From Octopus sinensis (taxonomy: Eukaryota): DNA of 64,000 nucleotides. Shown here one piece after another: positions 1-14,148 of the stretch (within the stretch, counting starts at the first letter, position 1; each line of letters starts with the position of its first letter). A model generated the notes under the pieces. It was not told where the DNA came from, did no database searches, and worked only from the letters and a program-made list of their open reading frames with translations. The translations under genes and the position numbers were made by a program. Location: contig NC_043010.1 in the NCBI RefSeq assembly GCF_006345805.1, positions 64,046,001 to 64,110,000 of the forward strand, given 5' to 3'.

Positions 1-2347
1 TGTTTTAATCTATGTTTGATTGGAGAACACATTAATGCCTCACAATGAACCAAGGACATGTTTATTGAAGCAGCCTAATCTCCTTTAAATTCCGTATTAT
101 TTAGACCGTATACTTTAATCCCTAAATCTTAAGACAGCATATCCTTTGAAGAAGATTGGATGATGACCATAGTAACAGGAATATAGATTGAACAAGTAAT
201 TCTTTGATTAGAGCCATCACAGCCACAACGTTTTTCAAGCAACAGAGGATACAGCATTGCTTGATATGCTAGGAATAGCAGACAAATCTCTCATTTGATC
301 TTGAAAGGAGAAGGATACACTGGACAATGTAGTCTTGAATATTAAATAAGAAAATGGGATGGTTATGGCTGGAATGCTTTTGATCAGAACTAAGCTGTAA
401 CTGAAGAAGCTCTCTCACTTAACTCAAGCAACCTATCCAAAGATAGGCTCCCAACCCTAGTTCCTTGGTTCATCAATGTCTCTAATATGATTGCTTGCTC
501 TGCTAGAAACGAGAGCCAAATTGCCCTCAAATCACTTTCTACAAGCAGTAATTTACAATGAATCTGTGATCTCATCACTTATTGTCTTCTATTTCCCCGT
601 AATTAACCTAAAATTAACCTTATTTTGCTATGTCTGACCTATTGTCATCCTGTCTCCCTATGTTTTGCTTCAACAGTAAACATATAAGCTCAAGGGCAAT
701 CCTTATGAGACCCCTAAATATTATCTCTTACATTCTAATTGGAAAACACTGCCTTACATAAGCATACAGTTGATAGCACTATACAACCCTAAAAGATGGG
801 AGGGTCATGGTTGAAATATCTTTGATAATTTATCAGCTCAGTCACACTTAACAGGGTTAAACAATAATAAACTATCTTGTGCCCAGTCAACAGAAAAATC
901 CTTATAAAGGGACAGATGTAGTGTGGGACAGCCTGTCTGTTGTGGTGTTGGTTGTGGCATTGGTAGTGCCTATCTGATGTCAGACATCAGAGCTCTAACA
1001 AAAGAAAAATAAATGATGGGAACTATTGTTCTTTATTTGGTTGCTATTGATAGATCAATATCTGGTAGTCTGCTTTTCAGTAGAGCTGGTGGACGGCATG
1101 GTGGCGATAGTGCTTATTCATAGTGAAGCTGTACTTTACATCATTATAATAGTGATGTTGGCTGTGGTGGTGGTTGTGAAAGTGGAACTGGTTATGTACG
1201 GCTGTGGTACTGCTTGCTGTTCTGATCAGGATTACAAAGACAACGATAGTAGCTATGTGGCTATGGTGCTGACTGCAATAGTTACGGCTGTAATGAGTGA
1301 TGGAAGTGGTTCAGCAGTGGTATTGCTGTGGTGTTATTGGTTGGGATACTAGTAGTGATGTACTTCGCACAGTGATGCTAATGCTGATGATGATGATGAT
1401 GACAACAACAGTGCTAGCAATACTAGTTCGTGTGGTGGGAGTGGCTGAGGCATTAGCAGTGATGATGTAGTTAGTGGTGTTAGTAGCAGCTGTAGTGTTG
1501 GCAAGAGGTTAAAAAATATTGTTTATGTTGATTGTAGTTAGTAGAATTGGTAGCATTGAGTGTGGTGGTGTTGCTGTCGGTGGTGGATACTACTGTTAGT
1601 GGACCAATCGTAAGAAGTAGTGTTATAGTTAGTAGTAATAACGATGATGATGATGATGACAGTACGGAGTTGATGCTTATATTATAATAAAGACGATAGT
1701 TTGGGTGGTAGTGGTAGGAGTAGTAGTGGTGGGAGATGTATGACAGTAACAGTGGGAGTCAACGATCAACAGAGAAATCAACCAATATAGCGTGTCTGAA
1801 CATTTATTTATTTCAATTTATTTAGCGTTGCAGAGAGACAGAGAGTTGGGGTAAGGGTGACGATGGTGTGTGTGTGGTGAGAAGCAGATGGTACTGACAT
1901 GTTACTGCGCAGCTGACGTAACTAATGCGCCACACACAATGCACCTTGTCAAAACCATCACTTCACCACACACACACACACAGCTACACTATCTCACTTA
2001 CCCACCCCTAAAGTACCAGCAATATCTCGGTTCCATTGTTCACATCTACCTTACATAAATAGGGCACTGAATCTCAACAACATGAGCCAATGAGGGAGAC
2101 TCAACAGGGATTGTTTGACTTGCTGAAAATAACAACCAAATCCCCTCGTATTACATTCTACCACCTTACGAAAAGGAAGACACATTGGATAATGTAGTCT
2201 TAGATACATTTTGGATCTTCCACCCCAAAACATCAAAACAGACAGAATGGTCATGGTTGGAATTCTTCTGATCATAGGTATGCTCCATCAGGGCTGATCC
2301 ATGATCAGGCTAAACACCACTGACAATGGTATGGGGGGGGGGTAATG

Positions 2348-2575
2348 GGCGGCTGGTAGAGATGTTAGCACGCCGGGCGAAATGCATAGCTGTATTTCGT
2401 CTGCCGCTACGTTCTGAGTTCAAATTCCGCCGAGGTCGACTTTGCCTTTCATCCTTTTGGGGTCGATAAATAAAGTACCAGTTACGCACTGGAGTCGATA
2501 TAATCGACTTAATCCCTTTGTCTGTCCTTGTTTGTCCTCTCTGTGTGTAGCCCCTTGTGGGTAGTAAAGAAATAG
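2348..2575 (+). mobile_element. tRNA-derived SINE family A
   Basis: Head GGCGGCGAGCTGGCAGA..GAGTTCAAATTCC (B box), central GTCGACTTTGCCTTTCATCCTTT(C)GGGGTCGATAAA, tail CCCCTTGTGGGTAGTAAAGAAATA. More than 12 copies in the window. Confidence 0.85.
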
Positions 2576-5500
2576 GTAATGGGTGTAAGTAGAAAAGAAG
2601 AAGAGGGAATAGAAGATATGAATAGAAATAGAGGGGTACAATCCACTCTTTGCCCTACAACACCTTTTCACTTTTCTTCTGAAGACTCCAGCTTTCCAAA
2701 ACTGTTTTTAAACCTGCTAAATTTCACCATTATCTTCCTGCCACAACCACAAAGTTCAAATTAAAAGAAACCTCGCTAAAATGTAAGTGTATATGGTGAT
2801 GTGTGTATACACCTCCTTGTACATTCACACACACACACACAGCTACATTACCTAGACACATAAACAAGCATACAAATGCACAAACAGTACGTGTGTGGAG
2901 AGAAAAACGTTTCTACAAATTTAGATGTTATATATTCCTTTCTCTGCATCTAGCTATCTATCTATCTATTTACCTAAATTTATACATACAATGCACACAT
3001 ATATACACATTTATATATGCATATGAACATAGAACATATATGTTTCCTAATACATCTTTCAATATATCTTTATAAAAATTGGGTGCTCAATAGTCTAAAA
3101 CAGAGCTAAAATTTGATAATTTAACATACATGCAAGAATATACATACAATATACAGAAGGAAGTATGGATATTAATAAAATACACACTCATGTATATTAC
3201 ATCAGTTTCTCCTTTCCAACATTTTAGCAATTGCTTATATAATTATATGACCTTGTCTACCACTAATCAATCGACTGTGATTTAAGGAGTGGAGCTTGTG
3301 TTTTGGTCAGCAAAGTAAACTGAAACAAGCCCAAGTAATCAATTCTTTACTTCGAGTAGCAACACAATAACTGAAGTGAAATCTGAACTCGTGTACATGA
3401 TCGTCACCTTAACCTCACAGCTATTATATAATTCAAAATGTGTTTTTAGAGAGCAAAAAAATAACTATATTAATTACTAATACCTACTATATGTAAGAAT
3501 ATCCCCCTGCTTAAAATATTCTATGTCAAATCTGATATAACCACTAAACGTTTTAGAGTGTAATGTCTGTGTTCCGTAAAAAGTCTGGGTTGGCTAAGTG
3601 TGCAAAATAGCAACTCTGGGGTACAAGTTTTAGATTTGAACCCATCACTTCTTTTGAAATATGTTTCAATACTCACATCTTAACAAAACTACGGCCAGTG
3701 TGTTACATAAAATGTGACATATACACCCTACCTAGGCCATGATACTACATATCTTATCCAGATAACAGTTAAGGTGTGTTAGTGTTAAAAATAGGTGGTG
3801 GTGCTTGTACACTGCTGTATTACTATGTAGTGTTTATAGTTGAAAAAATACACCAGCTCAGTCCACCTAGCTGTAATATGAACCAACAAGGCTATCCCAT
3901 AACTATAAAAAGCAGCCAATCTTACATTATCCTTCCCCTGCTCAAGGCAGTACTAATCACCTGGTTGAACTGTTATTAAGCTATAAAGCTATTTTATAGT
4001 GGCCAAGGTCACCTTTGATTGAGAAAATCCAAAGTATTTCAAGTATAAGTTTCTAGATTTACAACATCAAATGTACCCTGCCTTGTTTAAGACAGTGAAT
4101 TTGATTTTGGAGAATTTTTGCTACTACTTCTAGCACATCGAGAGACCATGTAAAGGTTTCTTGACTGAAGTATTTACCAGTGATGACAATGTGTGATAGA
4201 AAAGAGTGAACCAGTTGTAAAATGACACGTTCCAATAATTTAGATGTATATTTACATATCTAAAGAAACTGCCGTACATATTCTAAGATGTGGAAAATTA
4301 CAAATCTCTTGTCCCCGATTACAACATTATGTCTATGGATAAGAGGTTAAAATGTTTGATCAGTACTCATGAAATCTAATGTTTAATTTCAGTGCAGAGT
4401 CTCTCATTTTGAATGAAATTGCATGGGAACCTTGTGCCTTCAAATGGCCAACCATGTTGCACATTGAGTCATGCTGATTCTGGTCCACTGAATACTCAGC
4501 CATATGTGTCTGTACATGCTGTCATTGATAGAATCATTAAAAGAATGGAATCACGCAGTTGATTGATTATTGTGCGACAGATCAATTCAAAACACAAGTG
4601 GTGGTTGTTTTTTGTTTTTTTAACATTGAGTGAGCCCTGATAAACCTTTCATGAAAAGGGTTCTAGCAGCTGAATCAAGTTATCTTTTTTTTTTCTTTTA
4701 AACAGTACATAAAACAAAACATTATCCAGTGTATACCTTTTAAGACAGTGGTGGTAGTGGAGAATTTGAAGAAGATAAAGCTGCTATTTCTAACAAGTCA
4801 AGCAACCATATAAAGGCACTTTATTTGCTGTTTAGTTCCAGGTTGATGTTGATCAAAAAGTTCCAGACATGACCACTTAGCCTTTTCCCCAGACGTAATG
4901 TATCTGGGACTGCAGTATGTCTTTTATTTTGTTTTTATAAGACAATAGGATTTCCTTTGAAAGAAATTTGGTTGCTTATTTAGAAAGTGAAGACTTTTTC
5001 ATTGGTTCAGAAAGAATTACAAGTCCAGTCTGACCCAGCAAGGCCTTTACAATAAGTTGACTTGAAAAAAAAAATTTTTTTTAATCTTCAGGTTTCAGCA
5101 TTTGACATGGCTGGTTGGTTTATTGTTTAACAGATTTCCTCTAACTTATCACTCAATTTTTGTTGTTTTGAGTTCATCTTCAAATAAATGTCAGACCTGG
5201 CAATCTAAAATGATCTTTCATGGAAATCATACATTCTTCACGGAGCCAAGACTGCTTCATGAAAGGTTGAGTTTCCTTTTCATAGATTCAAAACACTTCA
5301 AGTTTTCCGAGACGATGTTAACCCAATGCAAAGTGCAATTCTCTCTCTATATACACAGTAGTGTTTGCTTAACGAAAATGCAGTTTCCACTACACACACA
5401 TATGCACATGTCCACAGTTGGAGCGAAAGAGTTAAAACCAACAATAAAAAAAACCCTGAAAGAAAACCTCAGCCTTTCTGGCAAATAAAATTGAGTATCA

Positions 5501-5612
5501 GTAATATAATGGGATAGCAGGGGCAGTTTAATTCCTTAGTTTATTTTAGCCATCATGCATAAGGCCATGCTGTAGCACTGCCTTCAATGGAATAAACTGT
5601 CATCCCTTTTAA

Positions 5613-5823
5613 CCCTTTAGCATTTAAACCGGCCAAAAATATTCTACCTGTTTTATGTTCAAACTAGCCCTATCTGGTCTCTCACATCAACCCTACAATA
5701 TTGTTTAAAAAATTAACAGTTACCTCATCAAAATCTCATAGCTACAAGATAATGCATGATTAATTCAAAACAATGTGGATGAAGAAGCATTAATTTTGGC
5801 AGAATAATGCGAACACTAAAGGG
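5613..5823. mobile_element. piggyBac-type MITE family 1
   Basis: TTAA-CCCTTTAG...CTAAAGGG-TTAA; other copies at 15356-15547 (inverted, TTAA-flanked) and about 27575-27790. Confidence 0.7.
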
Positions 5824-6595
5824 TTAAACAAGCGGCACAATGCCACTTGTTGCAAAAGGAGAGAGTGGCACAATGCCACTCTCTCTCTCTCTCACACAAC
5901 AGCAGAATCTAATCATTTGTCAGACACACACACACTCACTTTTCTGCTATGTTAATTACCTAGAGAGTTAGAATTTTCCTAATGTCACCTATTTAAAAAC
6001 ACATTTATGTTTGGGTGCAACTCAGACAGAAAGAGAGAGTGAGTGAGTGAGAGAGAGAGAGAGAGAGTGGGGGAGGAATGAGAAAGTGGAAGAAACATAG
6101 ACAGACATGAATTAATGAGTGAAAGAGTTGAAATATTTCGGCTTTGGCTTATTTTTGTGAAATACTGCAAAGAGTACTCGAATAACAAACCTAAATGGTA
6201 AAAGATGACTCGAGTGACAAACTGAAATGTGTCACCCCAAAACTAGAACCTGAGGAAAGCTAGCAATGCTTGAAGTTGATGTTGTTTAGCCCCGGGCTGG
6301 CTTCGATTAAGTAAACCTATGACAATACTCATCCCAACCATGGCCATTCCATCTTTTCAAGGATATTCAAGATTACAATATCTCTCTCCTTGTCATTTTT
6401 AAGACAGTTTGTCAGTCTTGATAAAAATCATTTCATAAATGTCCAGCAACCAGAAACTGAGCTGGAATGGCCGTGTGGTCAAGAAGCTCACTTTTCAACC
6501 ATTTGGTTTTGAGTTCAGTCCAACTGCATGGCACCAAGCACCAGGTCAATCAATGCCTTTTGAGAAAATTTGATTAAGAGAAACTATGTGGAAGC

Positions 6596-6651
<56 letters not shown>

Positions 6652-6710
6652 CATGGTTGTATCAGTGTGACCCACTGCTTGATAACCAGTATTGATTTGT
6701 TTAGCTGAAC

Positions 6711-6933
6711 TAGTGATTCTCAACTGGGGTCCATATAAGATTTTATATTTAGGTGCAATAAATTACTTATACTTCTACAATACATTTCTCTTTATACAAT
6801 TCCAAATGATATTTAATCATAAAAATACAGCAGGATTTTTTTTTATATACATCAAATGGTTATGAAGGTCCAGTAGATTAAAATAGGAATGAAAAGTGGG
6901 GGTCAAGAGGCAAAAAATGGTTGAAAACCACTG
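6711..6933. mobile_element. hAT (Charlie-like) MITE
   Basis: TIRs TAGTGATTCTCAAC / GTTGAAAACCACTG; degenerate 8-bp TSD AGCTGAAC / AGCTAAAT. Confidence 0.65.
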
Positions 6934-8696
6934 AGCTAAATCCTTTGAAATGATGTCCCAGCATGGCAGCAGTCTAATGACTGAAACAAGTAAAAGATGA
7001 AGGGCCAAATAAGTTCATTTGCTGTCAAGAGATGCCAGTTGAATTCCCATGAAAGACTCGCATTTTTCTTCCCTCATGTATAAGTACTCCCTGTTACCAT
7101 GCTGGACAAAAAGCTTAGCAGTATTTCTTCGGACTTTTAGATTCTGAGTTCAAATGCTGCCAGCGTCAGCTTTGGCTTTCATGCTTTCAGGGTCAGTAAA
7201 ATAACTGGGAGCAATGTAGTCAATTTACCCTGTCTAATGAAACTGCTGGCCTGGTGTCAAAATTAGAAACACCAATATATCTAGGACTACATTGTCTAAT
7301 GTGGCCTTTCATTTTTTAAGATGATGGAGTGTGATTTGAGAAAGATTTGGCTGCTATTCCTAGCTAGTGACATGGAAACAGAACATCAATTTCCAACCTT
7401 TGGGTTGAACTTTATTTCTGAAAGGGTTGAGAAGACATCATCATCATCATCATTTAACGTCCGTTCTCCATGCTAGCATGGGTTGGACGGTCCGACCGGG
7501 GATCTGGGAAGCCAGAAGGCTGCACCAGGCTCCAGTCTTATCTGGCAATGTTTCTACAGCTGGATGCTCTTCCTAACGCCAACCACTCCGTGAGTGTAGT
7601 GGGTGCTTTTTACGTGCCACCTGCACAGGTGCCAGGTGAGAAGACAGAATTGTTTAATTTTGAAACATTTGGTAAAATATAAAACATGTTATAAAACAAG
7701 TTCATTATGAAACCATGAGGTCCCAGGTTCAGTCTCACTGTGTGACATCTTGGATAAATGTCGTTTTCTCTAGCTTTGGGTTGACCCATACCCTCTGAGT
7801 GATGTTGGGCGGATGGAAACTGTACAACAGCCTGCTGGACGCCTTGCACCTGTACTTCACAAGGCACAACCTTGTCATGCACTATGTCATGCTGATTCTG
7901 TCTGAGAATTAAGGGTAAACATGTCTGGAATACTCAGCCACTTAAATGTTAATTCAATAAACAGGTAGTAGTTCAGTTGAACAAACAACTCAATTCACAT
8001 CATTGAAATTGATGGAGACCCAGCCATCCAAACTAACGACATTTGAACCACAACACAATATTTACAGTCAGCAGAGCCTGATTTAGATATTGAAAAAAAG
8101 AGGTCATAGAGAATTATTGATTTGCCAATAGGGATCATGATGGTGAATATTTGAGAATGACTGATAAAGAGGTCACCTCATTGGCTCTGATATTTTTTTG
8201 GGGTCTTTTATTGCTTTACCAAAGAGGCAAGAGCTGTGCCCCATATCCTTTATTTGTTTAGGGACTCCAAGACTGGTGAAAGTAGAGGAAGTACTTATCT
8301 TCAAACAGGGAACCTAGCTTGAATACCATCTACAGAGTTAACTACACTAAGGTCACCCAAGAACCATATGGTAGTGTCAAACTGGGTGAAAGACGAAGTC
8401 TTCCACCCATAAACTCAAAACACAAAGAGAACAAATACTGCATGGCATTTGTTCTGGGACCCTGACAATTCTGCCGATACAATGCCCCGGACAAGTACTT
8501 TATTTTGTAAACCTCAAAAGCATGAAAACCGAAGTTAACCTTGATGGGATTTGATCTCAAATTGAAGTGAGCTGAATAAATACCAGAAGGTATTTTGTCT
8601 TACATTCTAATAACTGCCACTTCTTGGTGGAATGTCACCTCACAACATGATTATGGTTGATAATTCCTTATATATTATATATATATATATATAAAA

Positions 8697-9014
8697 GGCG
8701 GCCAGCTGGCAGAATTGTTAGCACGCCGGGCGAAATGCATAGCCGTGTTTCGTCTGTCATTACGTTCCGAGTTCAAATTATATATATATTTCTTTATTAC
8801 CCACAAGGGGTTAAACACAGAGGGGACAAACAAGGACAGACAAACGGATTAAGTCGATTACATCGACCCAAGTGCGTAACTGGTACTTAATTTATCGACC
8901 TCGAAAGGATGAAAGGCAAAGTCGACCTTGGCGGAATTTGAACTCAGAACGTAGCGGTAGACGAAATGCCACTAAGCATTTCGCTCGGCGTGCTAACGTT
9001 TCTGCCAGCTTGCC
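8697..9014. mobile_element. SINE A: 3'-truncated + copy (8697-8779) and full - copy (8787-9014)
   Basis: Both match family A; the heads are in inverted orientation. Confidence 0.85.
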
Positions 9015-9129
9015 TATAAATTATATATATAGGCAGAGAGACACCACAATGAATATACCACATATTGACATGCACAGAGATAGATGTATTATATAGAAAA
9101 TGCATACATGTCAACAATAGTACACACAC

Positions 9130-9420
9130 ACACATTTTAGAATCTTGCTTTGAGGAGTGGAAAATGCAACATTTTGGACAATGTCCTTCTTCATGGAAAA
9201 TTTGAAAAGAGACATAGCATCCTCACAGTTGCAGCCAGTTTTTCTTTATTTCTTTTCTTTTTTTATCTCAGACAATGTAAAACTCTGCTGTCTCTCTCAT
9301 TTATTTCCTTCCTTCCTTTCAACCTATCCCCTGAAGAAGGACTCTGTCCAAAACGGATTTCCCCACTTCTCACAACAAGTTCACTCACTGTACTCTTTTA
9401 TCAATTTTATTACGTAATAT
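9130..9420 (+). mobile_element. Probable Penelope-like element terminus with decayed minimal hammerhead
   Basis: CTGAAGA-A-GGAC-TCT-GTCC-AAAAC at 9331-9354 has the same layout as 14149-14185, with GAAA decayed to AAAA. Confidence 0.35.
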
Positions 9421-9439
9421 AAGTCTTGCTGGTACAGTC

Positions 9440-9640
9440 CTACACCAGCCTGTTTAGAATTTGATCACACACACACACACTGTTTTCATCACAACTCTCT
9501 GGTGAATGGGAACGTGAAACTCTGAGTAGAAGTTTTGTGAGAATTTTGCAGTTTTAATAAAGCATATTACTCTATCTTAGGTATTGCAGTACTATTTTTC
9601 CTCCACCTTGCTTTGAATTTATGTGCTAATTTGCATGTGA

Positions 9641-9677
<37 letters not shown>

Positions 9678-9682
9678 TGTGA

Positions 9683-9717
<35 letters not shown>

Positions 9718-9900
9718 TATATACAGGAAGGAGTAAGCAGATAAATGTGAAATCTGGTAAGGAAAAAATAGTACTTGAATACTGGAGGTAGAGTAATATG
9801 TTTTATCATTAAAGCTGTAAAAATATCACAAAAAACTGTTACTCAGAGTTTCACATTCCTGTTCATCACACTGATGTGATCCAGAATCTGGATCACACAC
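9440..9900. repeat. Inverted pair of one repeat family around a (TA)n core; each arm has a decayed hammerhead motif
   Basis: About 9495-9605 is the reverse complement (~75-80% by eye) of about 9760-9873. Both contain NTGRTGA-AY..GT-GAAACTCTGAGTA. Confidence 0.6.
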
Positions 9901-10554
9901 ACACACACACTTACACACACACATACACTTACACACACACATACACTTACACAGATTGTTGTACTAAATGCACATGGATAAATAAAATACAAACAGAAGC
10001 CACAAACTAGAAGCCTTTATGTGGGTCAAGCAACCTGTTAGAAACAGCAGTCATATCTTCCTTAAATCGGGTCCTACTATCTCAAATAAGGAAAGAACAT
10101 ATTGGATAATCATTGGATAGGCCTCCCTAGGGTTAAATAACAAATACTAATGAACATATGTGTGCATACACAAGTTCCACAGACAAACATGTCTCTATCT
10201 AACTCAACCACGCCCCTATTTTGAGCCAACAAGGTCACTAGAAGTCATGAGCAGTGCAACTCCCCCCTGTCATTGTTCTCCTCCTCCTCCACTTCCTCTT
10301 CTCTCTAGAGAGACCTACCCACATAGCTTGCACTTGGTGCCCCCTTCCTGCCATAGTTTGAACCTGCAAACAGCACCTCCACCACCATCACAAGTGGCTC
10401 AGTTGTCAATGAACAGACCATAAACCAGTGAGTTAGACAATCCTATATTAGTCTGGTTAAACATTGCTGACAGGAAATAGTTTCTGAACCACAACCTCCT
10501 CTCTTCGTCTTTCTCAACTCATAATGAGAACATACATACACACACATATATATA

Positions 10555-10855
10555 TCACCATGACTGACCAGGCCATCAGATGTTATTACACATCGCTGGT
10601 CACAATGCGCTTCGCATTGTTTTAGCCTTCAAATGACGCCACCCCGCTGGCTAAGCGAGCAGGCCAACAGAAGAAAGAGTGAGAGAAAGTTGTGGCGAAA
10701 GAGTACAGCAGGGATCGCCACCACCCCCTGCCGGAGCCTCCTGGAGCTTTAGGTGTTTTCGCTCAATAAACACTCACAACGCCCGGTCTGGGAATCGAAA
10801 CCACGATCCTACGACCGCGAGTCCGCTGCCCTAACCACTAGGCCATTGTGCCTCC
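10555..10855 (-). mobile_element. tRNA-derived SINE family C, tail type 1
   Basis: Head GGAGGC(G)CAATGGCC..TGGTTAGGGCAGCGG (A box)..GGTTTCGATTCCC (B box). Confidence 0.85.
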
Positions 10856-11191
10856 ACATATATATATATATGGTTCCATTCTGCACTTCTGCACGAAAAA
10901 TAGAAGGATATGTGTATGTATATATATATACACACTCACACCAAACCTATCAAAACTTCAAGAAATAAAGTAAAATACAAAGACAATAAAAGAAAGTTTT
11001 AAAAATTGGGTAAAATGGGAAATGTAGTTCCAGTTGCCATCAATGAGATAACCATTAATCTGTGTGTGAGTGTGTACATATATTTATATGTGTGTGTGTG
11101 TGTGTGTCCCCTAGCGTGTAGAAATTGCCTGTTATAGGTAATTTCTCATTGTGTTTAAATGTACACTATTTTCTATTATATATATATAATT

Positions 11192-11242
<51 letters not shown>

Positions 11243-11289
11243 CCAGAAAAGGATACATAACTCTGCTGCCATCTGAGATATGGGCATTG

Positions 11290-12320
11290 CTTAACATGCA
11301 GAAAAGCTATTTGTAGAGGTTCTATACTGTGTACCGAATGTGAACGATGGGTGCCCAAAGTTTGAAATGACATAATGACAGCCAAGGGAAAAGAAGGAAT
11401 TTGTAAATAGCGGATGCACAGCAGTAGTTAGCAGTAAGGGCAGCCATAAAATGAATTTTTTCAAATACCTGGAAAGATCTCTAAAAATGGTACACAATAT
11501 CTGTACCTAGGTGACCTATTCAACAGTACTGGGTGTTCTGAAAACACCATAGATAGAATATGAGAGTGGTTTAGTTCAGAGAGCTATTAACTCTATTAGC
11601 ATCAAAGGGACTGGCTCACTGAGTGAAAGGCAAAATTGTATGATGCTTACGTGGGAAGCACAAAGTTGCATGATAGTGAAACATGACACTAAATGTGGAG
11701 GATATATAATGGTTGGAAAGAAGTGAGACTGACATATTTTGCTTGATGTACAGTGTAAGACAGCACAAATGAGTTGAAAGGAAAATTGGGATAAGAGGAA
11801 TCAGGTGTAGTGTACATCAGAGAAGACTGTGCTGCTATGAAGATGTGAAATGTATGGAGGAAGACTAAGCGCTACAAGAAGAAGGGCTCTAAGAGGAAGA
11901 TTGAGCAAGACATGGTAGAAGTGGTGAATACTGATCTTAAGTGGCTGGACCTTATGAAACAGATGATGAAGAAGTGCAAGAAGTGTTGAGGCATTGATCT
12001 GAGAAAATTCATTCACCATATATCTAAGTACAGACGAATAAGCATACAATATTATACTGGTGCCAGGTAAAAAGCACCTGTGCTGGTGCCACTTAACGAG
12101 CACTCATGTTGATGCCACATGACAAACAAGTGTGCTGGTGCTATGTAAAAGGACCCAGTAGGCTCTGTAAAGGGGCTGGTGTTAGGAAGGGCATCCAGTC
12201 GTAGAAACCATGCTGAAACAGACAATAGGAGCCTGTTGCAGCTCTCCAGCCTTGCCAGCTCCCATCAAACCGTCCAACCCATGCCAACATGGAAAGCAGA
12301 CATTAAGATGATGTTGAATG
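11290..12320 (+). mobile_element. RTE-clade LINE remnant (RT C-terminal region plus 3' UTR)
   Basis: Frameshifted YLGDLF..SENTI, KGKxYDA..SET, ELKxKLGIRGIRC motifs. An upstream Cys-rich stretch is present, and the 3' UTR ends in a GATGAT tail. Confidence 0.7.
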
Positions 12321-12824
12321 TTATCTACCCCAGGAGTAAGGAAAAAATCTGTACCCTGAGGAAGCTGGAGATAGCTTGTGGTGGCAACATAGTTACCAAC
12401 ATAGTTGATGGCATATAAGAAGTTTTGGCAGAGCTGTCTGGCATTATTGCTTCGATGCTGACTTATTTGACAGCAGACGTTTTAATGCTTCTCTTGTTCC
12501 CTCTCCCTGTTTATGCATGTGGGCATATTTCTCTTTACGTGTATGAGGAGAGGAAAAGTGTTTATGCTGATTGTGTTCTATTAATAAACTGTAATGTCTC
12601 TCTCACTCTATCTGTATGTGTATATTTCTGTGTGTGTGTGTATGTGTGTGTGTCTTTGCCTCCAGCACCAAAGTGTACTGTTGGCAAAACAGGCTGAAAG
12701 TTTAGTCAGCTGTGCCAAATCATCAGCATCCGAACAGCTGCACCCATTTGCTTCATTCCATCATTGTTAGAAGAGCGAACTAGCAAAATACAGAAATTGG
12801 TATAGTGCTGCTTTGACTACTAAC

Positions 12825-12858
12825 CAATGTTGATACGCTCTGCCCAGTTCTGTTTCTG
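12825..12858 (-). CDS. Candidate exon (ETELGRAYQH)
   Basis: Acceptor tgtttggtcag, donor GTTAGT; phase-compatible with 13027-13111. Confidence 0.28.
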
Positions 12859-13026
12859 CTGACCAAACAGTGAAGAACAATCAATAAATTAAATATCTAA
12901 GTGTATGAAATGAATTATTGAAAATACTGTAACTTTCCACTCGACCGATTTAATCAGTGGCAGGACATGACGAAAAGAAAGCAGTTGAACGTAGAAGAAT
13001 TTCTACTCAATGTAAAAAACCCTTAC

Positions 13027-13111
13027 GAAATCCCACAGAGAATTTTGTCAGGTACTTTGCAGAGTTTGCAGATCCATGAGATTGACAGATTCTATGATAG
13101 AAAGCGGAGGT
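13027..13111 (-). CDS. Candidate exon (TSAFYHRICQSHGSANSAKYLTKFSVGF)
   Basis: Long pyrimidine tract ending tttttccag, open frame, GTAAGG donor; non-repeat sequence. Confidence 0.35.
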
Positions 13112-13789
13112 CTGGAAAAATTGAGGACAATAAGAAAATAAATAGAGAGGCAAATAAATCCTATTCTTTCTCTTTTATATAAGTTAGAGCAAGAGGAGGA
13201 TGGGGGAGGTGGGGGCAATGCTCTAGACTGTTGCAAACTCTCCTCTATCTCTTGTCCTTGACTGGTGAGACTGATGTCATTGATACCCAGCCTGAACATC
13301 TGCTGTTTAATATAGGTGGGTGGAGAGCAAATGAGGAGAAAGTCTGGGTCTGAAAGCATGTGACAGAGTGACAAAAAGAACTCCACTAAAAGCAAGCAAG
13401 GAGCAGGTGGGGAATTTAAACTGACGACTTACAACAATACACACACACACACACACACAGCTGTAGAATGATGGAATAATTAAGAAGAGTATTTTGCAGC
13501 TACAACGTCCTGGGTTCAAATGCACTGCAAAGCATCTTGGGTCAATATCATTTTTAACAGACCCATAATTTGACCCATATCTTGGGAGTGAAATTAGGTA
13601 GAAGGGAAATGTATAGAAGTCTCTTGTTGGATGGATTGTACCTGCAATTGAAAGGTACAGCCTTGTCACACGCTGTATCATACTGAGCATACAACAGCAG
13701 ACTGCCTGGCTACTTCTATGCTAATTCAATGGACAACAAAGAATTCAGTTGAATGAACAACTGGATCCTCATCATAGAAACTGAGAGCT

Positions 13790-13824
<35 letters not shown>

Positions 13825-13829
13825 ATTAA

Positions 13830-14045
13830 CCCTTTTGATACCAACCAGGCTGAAACTGACTCTGTAGTACAAATATCTTGTTTTCATAAGTTTTGAATTA
13901 AAATCTTCCACCAAACCTTAGTCACAATTTATGTTCCTAACACTAGCTGAATGATAACCAAGTTATTTTTCTAAATTCTTTGTTATATTTAAAATTAACT
14001 GAATGAAAAACAGAGCATCTCTAAATAAATACAGGAGCGAAAGGG
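13830..14045. mobile_element. piggyBac-type MITE family 2
   Basis: TTAA-CCCTTT...AAAGGG-TTAA; interior unrelated to family 1. Confidence 0.65.
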
Positions 14046-14148
14046 TTAAAAAAAAAAACAGAAAAAAAGACAAGAAAAAACAACAACATGAGGATGTAAT
14101 ACATATAAAGTATCAATAAGATGTTCAGAGAAGGAAAGAAAGAGCGGT

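Noticed and set aside
6250-6275. CTGAGGA-AAGC/GCTT-GAAG motif
   Set aside because: GAAG replaces GAAA and another repeat follows immediately; no stems I or III.
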